From Malacoraja senta (lineage: Eukaryota), in the NCBI GenBank assembly GCA_038087875.1, contig JAXLNO010000456.1, forward strand, positions 124,001-155,404: a stretch of DNA of 31,404 bases. Reading direction: 5' to 3'. Made by a program: the position numbers and the translations under genes. The notes under the pieces are model-generated. The model made no database searches and was not told the origin of the DNA. It saw only the letters and a list, made by a program, of their open reading frames with translations. Position 1 is the first letter of the stretch; each line of letters starts with the position of its first letter. Of this stretch, positions 9,177 to 20,984 are shown one piece after another.

Positions 9177-12100
9177 AATGACATAATCACTGATACCAAA
9201 AAGCGACGCTATTTACTTGTTCTTGAGAAATTCTGGTTGTGTATCTGGCAAGTGGGTTGCGGGGGGAGGGGTGGGGATGGCGGGGCTGTAAGCAAGAGCT
9301 GCATGGTTCCCCCAGGTCCGCCTTCAGATTGTCTGTCCCCATGTAAGTAGAAGTCATCTTTCCCCCAGGTCCGCTTTCAGGGCCACTCTTGCAAGGAATT
9401 GAAGGCAGCGATTATATTTGCCCCCCCTTTCCGCCCCCCTCCCCGTTCCAGGTAAAAGGCGATTCCACTTCTCTGCAAGTTCTTCCATTTCGAGTACTGC
9501 ACAAACCTTCTTCCTCTAGAAATTAAATATTCTCGCTTTAAAGTAGTGATCCCGTTGCCTTTTGAACGACACTGTGACCTCTGCCTTCACTGGAATTTTT
9601 ATTTTTCTAAAGCAAAACAATCGCTATATAAAAGGGGGGAAAAAACCCTTTCTGGCATTCTTCGTTTTTTGTTGTTAATTGCTTTCATTCCAGCAATGCC
9701 TTCTTTGGGTGGGATGTGGTGCTGGTGGTGGTGACGGGGGAGGGGGAGGTGAAGAACTGGGGGTGAGAAAAGACGATGAGACCAGGATCAATGAAATCAC
9801 CTGTCTGGCAGGTCCCATTGTTGGTTCGGGAAGGTGTGATCTCAAGAGACAAACAATGTGGAGAACTGTGGAACTGGTTACACGAGAAAGGAGGAGGGAG
9901 TGAAATTTGTGTAAACAGTATTGAATGTACGTATAGCCACCGAGAATGTCGGACGAATTTCTTGCACGGTTTCGGTATTGGACCCTCATCGCAACTTCTC
10001 ATAAAATAAAGATCAAACTTCAAACTGGTAAGCTCGTTTAATCTCCCTATTTTACGTGAGTGCCTACGTGCAGATTTCAAAGCTCTGTGGTTTCATACTG
10101 TGACATAATCTGTGTGTGAAAACACTAAAACAGAGAAACCATTAATGGCAGGGAAAAATACGAGGTATTTCACGATGCTAACTTGCATACACGGCCATTG
10201 CTCTAAACTGACATGTAGTCCCAATAGACTATTGAGTTAGATAATAACGTATGCAAGTAAGTGCATAATTCAATCTGCAAACATCCAGACATATTCCACC
10301 AAATTTATAATTTGTTAAGCTGCATTATGTAAACCTCATGCTGCATGATGAAAGTGAAACCCATTGTATTGGCTGATAGTGAGCCATCAGCAATATCTTG
10401 AGAGTATTGAAAGAAAATAATTATGTTCCACATCATAGGCACTAGCAGCTGAGTGCGCTTGTATGCCTAATGACATCCCTGATATCTGCCGTGGTGGGTA
10501 TGCTGTCAACTTCAAATGCACACAATCCTGCTCATTTGTTTATGAGATTACTCCTATAACAAGCTACCCTAATGTCCGTATGACATAGAGACTAGGCCAG
10601 AGATTGAGCAAGGATGTGTTCTTAATGCTGAGATCAGCTGCTGAAAGCATAATCATTTTAGATACTGGTCCCATTAGCGAAATTTTGGTGAGTGTTTGCA
10701 CAACAAATACTGATATACATCGCACACTACAATTAGTGTAGGCTATTAGGGTGGTGAAATAAAGGACACCCTGCATAACGTTAGAGAATAGTGGGTGAAG
10801 AACTAATCATTTATGTTCCACTTATGGTAAAGCAGACATGATAAAGCAGCACAGGAAACTGTCAATTGTGTTGTCCCATAAGTTACTCTAGGCTCAAACT
10901 GGAAGCCACACAACCTTGTTACTTCCGTATAGAATTGACTCACACATGTTGATCACAAGCTTCTCATACAATCGTGCAGAGCTAGCTGGCCGAGAAGACA
11001 GGCTGTCCCAGCCGTCACATGTGAAGGAGTAAATAAGAGTAGCTTCAGCCATCTACCATGGCGTGACTGAATAGGCAAACTGGTACTGTTAAATTCCATG
11101 TTGCCTTAAATGTAATATTGCCAAAATATCTACCGACAATGCATAAGATTTATCATTTGCAATTTAGCATAATACCCACAACTCGGTGACATAATGCCCT
11201 TAAACTGAGAAGGGCAGCATAGGCTTTCACCACTAGCTTTGTTATAAACAGTAGAAAGTGTGCCTATGCGTATAGATATGTCAGAGTATACACTACAAGA
11301 TCGATTCTCTGAGTTAGTTAAATTGCAGATACCCAAACATCCATCTTAAACTGGGTAAGTGAACCCTACAATTTGATTAGCCTAATGGTATCCTGATTCG
11401 GCCTGCACCATATTTCTGTAATCTTGATAAATATACCCCTCTAGTCCTTGGTCAGACCTTTGACTGAGACTACATGTCTATATCTCCAGGGTGCATAACA
11501 CAATTTGTTGGACGCACCACTCAATCCGGAATAGTGGTATTGAGAACCTATGGATTATTATAAACACATTGTTGATTGACAACATGACCTGCATGTCAAA
11601 AAAGTTATAATATATTGCAGACGAGCTTTCTGCTGGTAATTATCTGTCCCAGAGAAAATGGCAATGAAGATTCCAATCAACCAGTGACTCTGGTAAATGA
11701 GGAGAATAAACCATATGTTGAGAAAAACTTCAACTACTTAATTCTATTGCCCAGGCTGATACCTCTCATAGATGATGAAGCAGTCCTTCTCTGGTCACTA
11801 TGACTTGTATAGTCAGCCAGTTTCATGATGGTCTACCCTGATCCAGGGTAACCATACTGTTCCTACTTGGAACTTACAGAGGTTACTGTGTAAGGCACCT
11901 AGCCAATGTCTCTACATCAACCTGATGTTATCACAGAGACAGTAAAAACCGACCAGACAGCCCATGCTGGTAGCAAACCTTAAGCTGGGCAGACAGTCTC
12001 TTCAATTTCGGGGTTTACGGAAGTTAATGATGAGACCTACTTACCAGCGTCTCTAACCCTAGGTCGCTTACCTTTGTTGGAGCTTCAGCGAATTTCCATT

Positions 12101-12539
12101 TGCAGACTCTGTCCATCACTTTTGTCATTTCTGTTGGATAGCTGATGCTGCTGGCCAACTGCTCTTGTAGCGGCTAGTCCGTCCCCGATGGAGAAGGAAT
12201 TTTAGAGGGAAAGCACACCGCTTTTCCTCATGCGATTGTCGTACATAATGCATTAAAGCATGGGATCCCGGCAGATGGTCAAGTTCGTGCTCCTCTCTTT
12301 GAGTGGGAAAATTGCACCTTGAACCAGGTGTTACCATCCGTATGCCTCGAACTGTCTGTGCATGCTTCTATACCGAGCATATTTTGCGACACCATCACCG
12401 ATAGTCTTTCGGGTTGGAGGAAAAATGCGAACCTTGAAACCAAGGCAGCTGCAGGCATATGACTTGAACTGCCTGTGTATGCTTCCGTGATACGGGGCAT
12501 AATATATATGGCTCCGTCTTCATACTTCATACATCCGAT

Positions 12540-12765
12540 TGGGAGGACTTATTTAACCTGAACCAGGAGCTGCCTCAGGCATGTGTGCATATACTTTAGC
12601 ACCATCTCCGTCACTACGTTCAACCGAGTGGGAGGAAATTGCAACCCTGAACCAGGCGTTGCTTCAGGCATATGTGCATAAACTTTAGCACCATCTTCAC
12701 CACTCTGTTCATTTGAGTGGGAAGAAATTTGCAACCCTGAACCAGGAGCTGCTGCCTGACATGCC
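12540..12765. repeat. About 90-bp tandem repeat inside the DIRS-like element
   Basis: cctgaaccagg at about 12557, 12646 and 12736; degenerate related units near 12318 and 12433. Confidence 0.85.
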
Positions 12766-13486
12766 TGAAGACGGAGCATTCCTTGTGTTATAATTTGATT
12801 CATCAGATGTTCGTGATTGAGACAAACCCCAATCTTATCTGACATAGATGTCCCAAGGCTTGGCACTTTGCCCTGAGTTGGGGTTGTCAGGTTGCTCCTT
12901 TCAGCAGCCGTCAGGACTAGCTGTGCAGATCGATGTCAGACAAGTTAGTACCCTCATTTACTAAACAGGCTGTACATGCTAGTGACTCCGAGTCCTGCTC
13001 CCTTCCGGTGCCAACACAGTATACAGGGAAGGACTGGAGCGCCTCTGGCACCCAGACGCCAGACAGAGTGGGAGAAATGCAGGAAACCTGCCAGGTGTTT
13101 GTCATAGGCAATAACGTTTAAATGACTGAACACCCTATCCAAATTAAATCAGAGATTTGATCACTTTATTGATATGCATAAAGTAGGCGTCTTTTGGAAA
13201 GGAATCTTCCACAGTCCCCTCTAATGAGAGGGAATTACCATGACGCCACCAGGTGTCGCTCCCACAGGTGACTGATAGGCACAGCTCAACAAGGCTTCCC
13301 AAGCCGGGGGCCTCTGGACTGCCATGGCAGGTCCAATTCCACTACATCTTTTTATTGGTGTAAGTGATAATAAATATTCCTTGTAAATTTTTCTCTTTTA
13401 AAACATAAACAAAATTGGCATGATAATACATATTTATGATATTGCCAAGAATAAAACCGGAACTGATATTATAAGTCAGAGGATAC

Positions 13487-13592
13487 CAGCACAATGGTGC
13501 AGCTGGTAGAGCTGTAGCCAGAAACTTGGGCTTACAGCACCAGACCAGGCTTCGGTCCTGACCACAGATATATCTGTGTGGAGTTTGCAGCT
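13487..13592 (+). mobile_element. tRNA-derived SINE head (V-SINE/HE1-like)
   Basis: A-box-like tggtgcagctgg, B-box-like gcttcggtcc, then tgtgtggagtttgca. Confidence 0.6.
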
Positions 13593-14222
13593 CATAGGAT
13601 GTATTGGCTATGATAGTCACAAACGTGACCCCGTGGCAACTATTATAAATGCCAACTTTATTATAGCCATACATTAAAAGAATATACTACACGTGCTAAA
13701 CATAGCTGTAGCAGCAACTCAGTTAAATCTGATTGGTGCTACAACTGACTGAAATTACCCAAGCGGTATTTAAAAACTCACCTGTAGTAACACCCGCAAT
13801 TTATGAATGTAAGTTCGCTGAATTTGTAACTCTGCCTGCCTGCTCCCGAGTGGAGTGTGATGTCGGCAGCCTCTATAATTAGGGCCGTCTGCTGAAGACT
13901 GTAAGGGCTACAGCCGTAAACCCAGTTTTAAACGGGACTGTCGGCTCTGAACTAGGTCGACTTGTGCAAACAGCCGCATGAAACCCTCTAAATTGAGCCG
14001 CTTGCTCCCGTTGGGGACTGCGGTAAAATATACCCTCCGCTAGCTCCAGTGGAGCGGCTACTTTTTGGGGGGCCCGCTAAGAACGGTCCGAAGAAAACTG
14101 ACTTACGTTGCAGAGCAGCGCGGGAACGGCTCTGACTAGCGCCATGCGCTAGACGTAATGACGCGCATGCTGTCTGGGGGGCTTCTTCACGTAGTCACTC
14201 ACGTGACTTCGAAATAAAATAT

Positions 14223-14452
14223 GCTATTAAACACTACAACCTCAAATGGGCTCTGAATTACATGGACTATTATTGTTATTATTGCACTATTCTTGTTTAT
14301 TTGCTTTTCTGTGTACGAGTGTGTGTGCACACACTGAACTTTTACCCCATTTATTATATTGTTTACAGTGTACTGTGTTTTACATATTCTGCTGTGCTGC
14401 AGCAAGTAAGAATTTCATTGTTTCACCCGGGACATATGACAATAAAACACAC
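14223..14452 (+). mobile_element. Rex1/Babar-like LINE 3'UTR fragment
   Basis: Shares ggctattaaacac...tgtgctgcagcaag...ttcattgt...gggaca...tgacaataaa with 16119-16494 and 18050-18465. Confidence 0.65.
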
Positions 14453-14673
14453 TATATTTCCATTCTGAATAAAGTTTAATTTGGAGGGAAAATATCTGCT
14501 GACAGACAGGTGGTTGTGTCCCTTTCTCTCCTGCTCGTTCCCTCTCTCCACCCCCGCACCCCCCATGGCAAAGCACCTCTGAATAGGCTGGGAGTGGGTG
14601 ACCGTTTGAGCATCGGTGCAAGTGGCCATCACTAATCTCACACCTTACCTCCCGTTTCCCTTTCCACTGACAC

Positions 14674-14765
14674 TAGTCTGAAGAAGGATCTCGACCCGAA
14701 ACGTCACCCATTCCTTCTCTCCAGAGATGCTGCCTGTCCCCGCTGAGTTACCCCAGAATTTTGTG
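14674..14765 (+). mobile_element. Short PLE-terminus-derived repeat with hammerhead-like core
   Basis: CTGAAGA-aggatctcgaccc-GAAAC-GTC at 14678-14705, followed by sequence homologous to the PLE 3' end. Confidence 0.7.
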
Positions 14766-14977
14766 GCTGATCTCACACATGCCATTCCTTTACTAATGAT
14801 GATCCGTTGAACAAATGCGCAAAGACACAAACCCACACTGATATTTATACTAATCTATTCCGACGCGAAATTTGGGGATTAAATGCAACCGGTTCAGGGC
14901 CAACATGTTTTCCACACGGTTTCTGCCCCACAGCCCCTCAGCCCCACTCATGACGCCGGTTACGTGACCCGATCCTT

Positions 14978-15512
14978 TTACTGATTCGAGCAGGGAATGA
15001 AGCATATCTTCAGCCATTGATTTTCATCCCAAGCACCAAAGATAGGGATACATTTTCCCCACGAATTTATTCTCGGTGAAGGTGTGGAGGTGGGACTTGG
15101 TGTCCGCATCATAAAATGAGACCGTCCCCGAATCGTAACTGAGGTAAACTTCCACCCTCCCGGAGACGAGACCGGCTGAGAGAAGGATTCTGGGAAGAAT
15201 GGCTTGCGGAAACCTCCTCGCGGTATCTCTCGATGGTCCAGGATCCTTCCTCTGGTTTCAGATCGACCTGTCCCTTCCTCTCCACAGACTCTGCGGCGAC
15301 TCCCAGACTCCAGCGCCGACTCCCCGCCACCTCCACCTCCCAGTAATGTCTCGCCGATGTGAATCCCTCCGATCCCAGCGCACAGAGACATTCCATAAAC
15401 CTCTTCCTGTTGTTGCGGAGGCTTCTCCTGACCCCGGTCAATCTCACATTCATCAGGCTGCCGGACACCTCGAGCTCCGGATGCGCGCTATCCTCATCCA
15501 GGGTCACAGAGT
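14978..15512 (-). pseudogene. Frameshifted B30.2 (PRY-SPRY) exon
   Basis: VTLDEDSAHPELEVS...ALGSEGFTSARHYWEVEV; then GRVEVYLSYDSGTVSFYDADTKSHLHTF in a second frame; then WDENQWLKIC in a third. No AG acceptor at the expected position (ttttgacccg|actctgtg). Confidence 0.85.
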
Positions 15513-15687
15513 CGGGTCAAAAGCAGATAATTAGGGGGTCTGTGGTATGTGAGGACGTACGGGCTATTGGAACACTCTAATAGCGAGATCCAGGTGGGTC
15601 GCTACGTTTAGGAACTGGAACTGGAATTATTGACCATTGGTCCCAAGGAAGTTCCTCCTGCTGTGAACAAGACGATCTGCAAATGAT

Positions 15688-16115
15688 AATAGACAATAGG
15701 TGCAAGAGTAGGCCATTCGGCCCTTCGAGCCAGCACCGCCATTCATGTGATCATGGCTGATCATCTACATTCAGTACCCTGTTCCTGTCTTCTCACCATA
15801 TCCCCTGACTCCCCTATCTTTAAGAGCTCTATCTAGCTCTCTTGAAAACATCCAGTGAATTAGCTCCACTACATTCTGAGGCAAAGAATTCCACAAGAAT
15901 GGCCGGTGATTCTTCTTAAAGATCTCCCCAAGTTGCTCCATATCAGTTCTCATAAGTTCTAGGAGCAGCAATAGGCCATTCTGCCCAACAAGTCTACTCC
16001 GCCATTCGTTCATGGCTGATCTATCTTTCCCTCTCAATCCCCTTCTCCTGGGCTTCGCCCTATAGACACTGACACTCATACTAACCATGAATCTTGCAAT
16101 CTCCACTTTGAAAAA
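15688..16115 (-). mobile_element. Two adjacent CR1 3'-end fragments
   Basis: 3'UTR and tail motifs start at about 15688 and about 15950; LWNSLPQ. Confidence 0.75.
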
Positions 16116-16118
16116 AAA

Positions 16119-16494
16119 GTTGTAAAGACCTCCCAACTATCGAAGGGATCTTTCGCAGTCGCTGCCAACATCATCAAGGACCTACACCATCATGGCCACA
16201 CACTCATCTCTCCGCTGCCATGAGGTAGAAGCATGAAATCAGCAACGTCCAGGTTCAGGAACAGCTGAATCCCCACAGCCATCAGGCTATTAAACACAAC
16301 TTCAAACAAACTCTGAATTATAACAGCCTATTGCACTTTATCTGTTTATTTATGTGTCTATATATGGTCTATGGTATATAGACACACGGATATGTTCTGT
16401 ATTTATGCCTACAATATTCTGTTGTGCTGCAGCAAGCAAGGATTTCATTGTCCTGTCTGGGACACATGACAATAAACTCTCTTGACTTGACTTG
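16119..16494 (+). mobile_element. Rex1/Babar-like LINE 3' fragment inserted in a CR1 fragment
   Basis: Degenerate ORF end (LPTIEGI...IIKDLHHHGHTL...TAIRLLN) and (cttga)n tail. Confidence 0.75.
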
Positions 16495-16590
16495 AATTAC
16501 AAATATTCATTGGCATGGCCTCCACAGCTGTTTGTGACAATGAATTCCACAGTTTATCCGCCCTCTTACTAAATTAATTCCTCATCATCT

Positions 16591-17803
16591 CATAGAAACA
16601 TAGAAACATAGAAAATAGGTGCAGGAGTAGGCCATTCGGCCCTTCGAGCCTGCACCGCCATTCAATATGATCATGGCTGATCATCCAACTCAGTATCCTG
16701 TACCTGCCTTCTCTCCATACCCCCTGATCCCATTATTCCCACTTATCCTTAAACTGTGACCCCTTGTTCTGGACTTCTCCAACATCGGGAACAAGCTTGC
16801 TGCATCTAGCCTGTCCAACCCCTTAAGAATTTTGTAAGTTTCTATAAGCTCCCCCCTCAATCTTCTGAATTCTTGCGAGTACAAGCCGAGTCTATCCAGT
16901 CTTTCTTCATATGAAAGGCCTGACATCCCAGGAATCAGTCTGGTGAACCTTCTCTGTACTCCCCCTATGCCAAGAAGGTCTTTCCTCAGATTTGGAGACC
17001 AAAACTTTACGCAATACTCCAGGTGTGGTCTCACCAAGACCCCGTACAACTGCAGTAGAACCTCCCTGCTCCTATACTCAAATCCTTTTGCTATGAATGC
17101 TAACATACCATTCGCTTTCTTCACTGCCTGCTGCACCTGCATGCCTACTTTCAATGACTGGTGTACCATGACACTCAGGTCTCGTTGCATTTCCCCTTTT
17201 CCTAAACGGCCACCATTCAGATAATAGTCTACTTTCCTGTTATTGCCACCAAAGTGGATAACGTCACATTTATCCACATTATACTGCATCTGCCATGCAT
17301 TTGCCCACTCACCCAGCCTATCCATGTCACCTTGCAGCCTCCTAGCATCCTCCTCACAACTAACACTGTCCCCCAGCTTTATGTCATCCGCAAACATGGA
17401 TAGGTTGCATTCAATTCCCTCGTTCCAAATCATTAATATATATTGTATATAGCTGGGGTCCCAGCACTGAGCCTGCGGCACCCCACTAGTCGCTGCCTGC
17501 CATTCTGAAAAGCATCCGTTTAATCCCACTCATTTCACCCGCGGTCCCCTGCTATTTCAGGAAGATAATTTATGTCTTCCTCAGTGAAAACAGAACCAAA
17601 GTAGTTATTCAATTGGTCTGCCATGTCCTTGTTCCCCATGATCAATTCACCTGTTTCTGACTGCAAGGGACCTACATTTGTTATAACTAATCTTTTTCTC
17701 TTCACATATCTGTAAAAACTTTTGCAGTCAGTTTTTATGTTCCCTGCCAGTTTTCTTTCATAATCTATTTTCCCTTTCCTAATTAAGCCCTTTGTCCTCC
17801 ACT
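16591..17803 (-). mobile_element. 5'-truncated CR1 with two internal deletions, close to the 1-4455 copy
   Basis: (catagaaa)n tail; RT ORF with FADD at 16690-17529. Jumps at about 16740 and about 17535; the second skips the equivalent of about 845-1437 of the first copy. Confidence 0.9.
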
Positions 17804-18049
17804 GCATTCTGAGGCAGAGAATTTCACAAGAATGTGTGGTGATCCTTCTTAAAGATCTCACCAATTTGCTCCATAACAGTTCTCATAAGTTCTATTAGCA
17901 GAAATAGGCCATTCTGCCCATCAACTCTACTCCGCCACTGGTTCGTGGCTGATCTATCTTTCCCTCTCCATCCCATTCTCCTGGGCTTCGCGCTATAGAC
18001 ACTGACACCCATACTAATGAAGAATCTTGCAATCTCCGCTTTGAAAAAA

Positions 18050-18465
18050 AAGTTGTAAACACTGCCCAGGCCATCACTGGCTCTAACCTACCAACCATCG
18101 AAAGGATCTATCGCTGTCGCTGCCTCAAAAGGACCCTCACCATCCTGGCCACACACTCATCTCTCCGCTGCCATCAGGTAGAAGGTACAGGAGCCTGAAA
18201 TCTGCAACATCCAGGTTCAGGAACAGCTACTTCCCCACAGCCATCAGACTAATAAACTCAACTTCAAACAAACTCTGAACTATAACAGGCTATTGCACTT
18301 TATCGGTTTATTTATGTGTATATCTATGGTCTATGGTATATAGACACACTGATGTGTTCTATATTTATGCCTACAATATTCTCTGGTGCTGCATCAAGCA
18401 GGAATTTCATTGTCCTATCTGGGACACATGACAATAAACTCTCTTGACCTGACTTGACTTGACTT
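18050..18465 (+). mobile_element. Rex1/Babar-like LINE 3' fragment (duplicate of 16119-16494)
   Basis: VVNTAQAITGSNLPTIERIYRCRCLK...LPSGRRYRSLKSATSRFRNSYFPTAIRL and (cttga)n tail; same flanks as the first copy. Confidence 0.8.
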
Positions 18466-19122
18466 AAAAATATCCATTGCCCTCCACAGCTGTCTGTGAC
18501 AATGAATTCCACAGATTCACCGCCCTCTGACTAAATTAATTCCTCCTCAACTCATTTTGAAAGATTCGTTCTTTTTATTCTGCGGATATGGCCTCTGGCG
18601 CTAGATTCTTCCACTAGGGGGAAACATCCTCTCCACATCCACTCTATCCAGGCCTTTCTCTACTTGGTACGTTTCAATGACGACCGCCCTCATCTAAACT
18701 CCAGCGAGTACAGGCCCAGTGCCTTCAAACGCTCATCATGTATGAACCCTATCATTCCTGGGATCATTCTCATAAACCTCATCTGGAGGTTCTCTGTGTC
18801 CTATGGCCTGTCCCAGGAAAGAACACAGAGGCATAAGTCATAAGGTCATAAGTGATAGGAATAGAATTAGGCCATTCGGCCCTTCAAGTCTACTCCGCCA
18901 TTCAATCATGGCCGATTTGTCTCCCCCTCCTAACACAATTTCCCTGCCTTCTCCCCATAACCCCTGACACCCGTACTAATAAAAAATCTATCTATCTCTG
19001 ACCAAAAAATATCCACTGACTTGGCCTCTACAGCCTTCTGTGGTACAGAATTCCACAGATCCACCACCATCTGACTAAAGACATATCTCCTCACCTCCTT
19101 CCTAAAAGAACGGCCTTTAATC
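18466..19122 (-). mobile_element. CR1 3' fragments (18466-18790 and about 18832-19122)
   Basis: VVDLWNSVPQKAVEAKS, 3'UTR and tandem tail. Confidence 0.8.
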
Positions 19123-19315
19123 GCTTGCTTCTGAAAGATTGCTACGGTCTGCCAGAAATGTGTTGGTCTTCGCCTGTGAGGATGTGTGTACATTGAATTC
19201 TGCGGACGGGCAGGTTTCCACTGTGCGGGAATGCCTGCTACAATGGTTACAATGTTAGAGAGTTAGTTGGAGGGCGGGGGGATCACAGAGATGGGGCAGT
19301 TAGAGAGTTAGTTAT

Positions 19316-20839
19316 CCCGGTAGACCCATTGTCTCTGCCTGTTCGTGCCCCACCGAACTCATCTCCACCTACCTCGACTCCATCCTATCCCCCTTGGTTA
19401 AATCCCTCCCTCCCTATGTTCAAGACACCTCAGACACTCTCCGTCATCTCCGCGCATTCCACTCTCTAGGCCCTCACCCCCTCATCTTCACCATGGACGT
19501 CCAGTCATTGTACACCTCCATCCCCCACCAGGATGGCCTCGAAGCCCTCCGTTTTTTCCTCGACCGTAGAAGCAATCTATACCCGGCCACTGACACCCTC
19601 CTCCGCCTAGCGGAGCTGGTCCTTACACTTAATAACTTTTCATTTGACTCCTCCCATTTCCTCCAAATACAAGGCGTAGCTATGGGTACACGCATGGGCC
19701 CCAGTTACGCCTGCCTCTTTGTCGGGTACGTAGAACAATCCTTGTTCAATGCGTACCAGGGCCCCATCCCCGACCTCTACCTCCGCTACATCGATGATTG
19801 TTTTGGTGCCACATCCTGCACCCACACACAACTGACTGACTTCATCCGCTTCACCACCAACTTCCATCCGGCACTCAAATACACCTGGACCATTTCCGAC
19901 ACTTCCCTACCATTCCTTGACCTCACTATCTCCATCGCAGGTGATAGACTCCTTACCGACATCCACTACAAACCTACCGACTCCCATGGCTATCTGGACT
20001 ACACTTCTTCGCACCCTGCTTCCTGTAAGGACTCCATCCCCCACTCCCAATTCCTCCGTCTACGCCGCATCTGCTCCCAGGAGGAGGCGTTCCACACCAG
20101 GGCATCTGAAATGTCCTCATTCTTCAGGGAACGGGGGTTCCCCTCCTCCACCATAGATGAGGCTCGCACCAGGGTCTCTGCCATACCCCGCAACACTGCT
20201 CTCTCTCCCCATCACCCCACTCACAACAAGGGCAGAGTCCCCCTAGTCTTCACCTTTCACCCCACCAGCCGTCACATACAACAAGTGATCCTCCGTCAGT
20301 TTCGCCACCTCCAACGTGACCCCACCACTCGCCACATCTTCCCATCTCCCCCCATGTCTGCCTTCCGCAAAGACCGCTCCCTCCGTAACTCCCTTGTCAA
20401 TTCTTCCCTTCCCTCCCATACCACCCCCTCCCCTGGTACTTTCCCTTGCAACCGCAAGAGATGCAACATTTGTCCCTTCACCTCCCCCCTCTACTCCATT
20501 CAAGGACCCAAGCAGTCGTTCCAGGTGCGACCTGCATCTCCTCCAACCTCATCTATTGCATTCGCTGCTCTAAATGCCAGCTGATCTACATCGGTGAGAC
20601 CAAGCGGAGGCTTGGCGATCGTTTCGCCGAACACCTCCGGTCGGTCCGCAATAACCAACCTGCTCCCGGTGGCTCAGCACTTCAACTCCCCCTCCCATTC
20701 CGTATCTGACCTCTCTGTCCTGGGTCTCCTCCATGGCCACAGCGAGCAACACCGTAAATTGGAGGAAATGCACCTCATATTCCGCTTGGGCAGTCTACAT
20801 CCTGGGGGCTTGAACATTGAATTCTCCCAATTCTGCTAG
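19316..20839 (+). pseudogene. PLE RT/GIY-YIG reading frame, 5'-truncated, two frameshifts in the endonuclease
   Basis: PGRPIVS, MDVQSLYTSIP, QGVAMGT, RYIDD, PFLDL; shift near 20530 to NLIYCIRCSKCQLIYIGETKR; shift near 20660 to PVAQHFNS...GGLNIEF. Confidence 0.9.
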
Positions 20840-20956
20840 CCCTTGCTGTCCCCTCCCCTTCATCAGCCATCTGGTTGTCTCCTCCCCTCCCCCAGCCCTC
20901 GGGCTCCTCCTCCGCCTTTTTCCTTTTTCCCTTTCTTCTCCCCACCCCCTATCAGT

Positions 20957-20984
20957 CTGAAGAAGGGTTTCGGCCCGAAACGTT
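20957..20984 (+). ncRNA. Minimal hammerhead-ribozyme-like motif in the PLE 3' terminal region
   Basis: CUGAAGA, stem II GGGU/GCCC, GAAAC, then GUU. Helices I and III are very short. Confidence 0.55.

Larger units (their letters stand above)
9982..14220 (-). mobile_element. Decayed DIRS1-like (tyrosine recombinase) retrotransposon; left terminus and internal complementary region (ICR) retained, right terminus not found
   Basis: 14184-14220 (tcttcacgtagtcactcacgtgacttcgaaataaaat) is an inverted repeat of 10049-10074 (attttacgtgagtgcctacgtgcaga) with an 11-bp gap. The adjacent 9982-10048 resembles the second ICR half of vertebrate DIRS, from recall. No convincing ORF remains. Confidence 0.55.

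Noticed and set aside
10350..10360. ISRE-like GAAAGTGAAAC
   Set aside because: Isolated short match in decayed TE sequence with no supporting context.
10200..12100. Possible DIRS RT, RNase H, methyltransferase or recombinase remnants
   Set aside because: Only faint fragments such as GASN near 11510; not enough to call domains by eye.
13342..13674. 110-aa ORF
   Set aside because: Spans a SINE fragment and AT-rich sequence; no domain features.
15561..15676. 116-nt AG/GT-bounded segment upstream of the - strand SPRY pseudo-exon (typical TRIM exon size)
   Set aside because: Stops in all three frames, no recognisable similarity, and the following intron would be only about 50 nt. It cannot be supported, though a decayed exon is not excluded.
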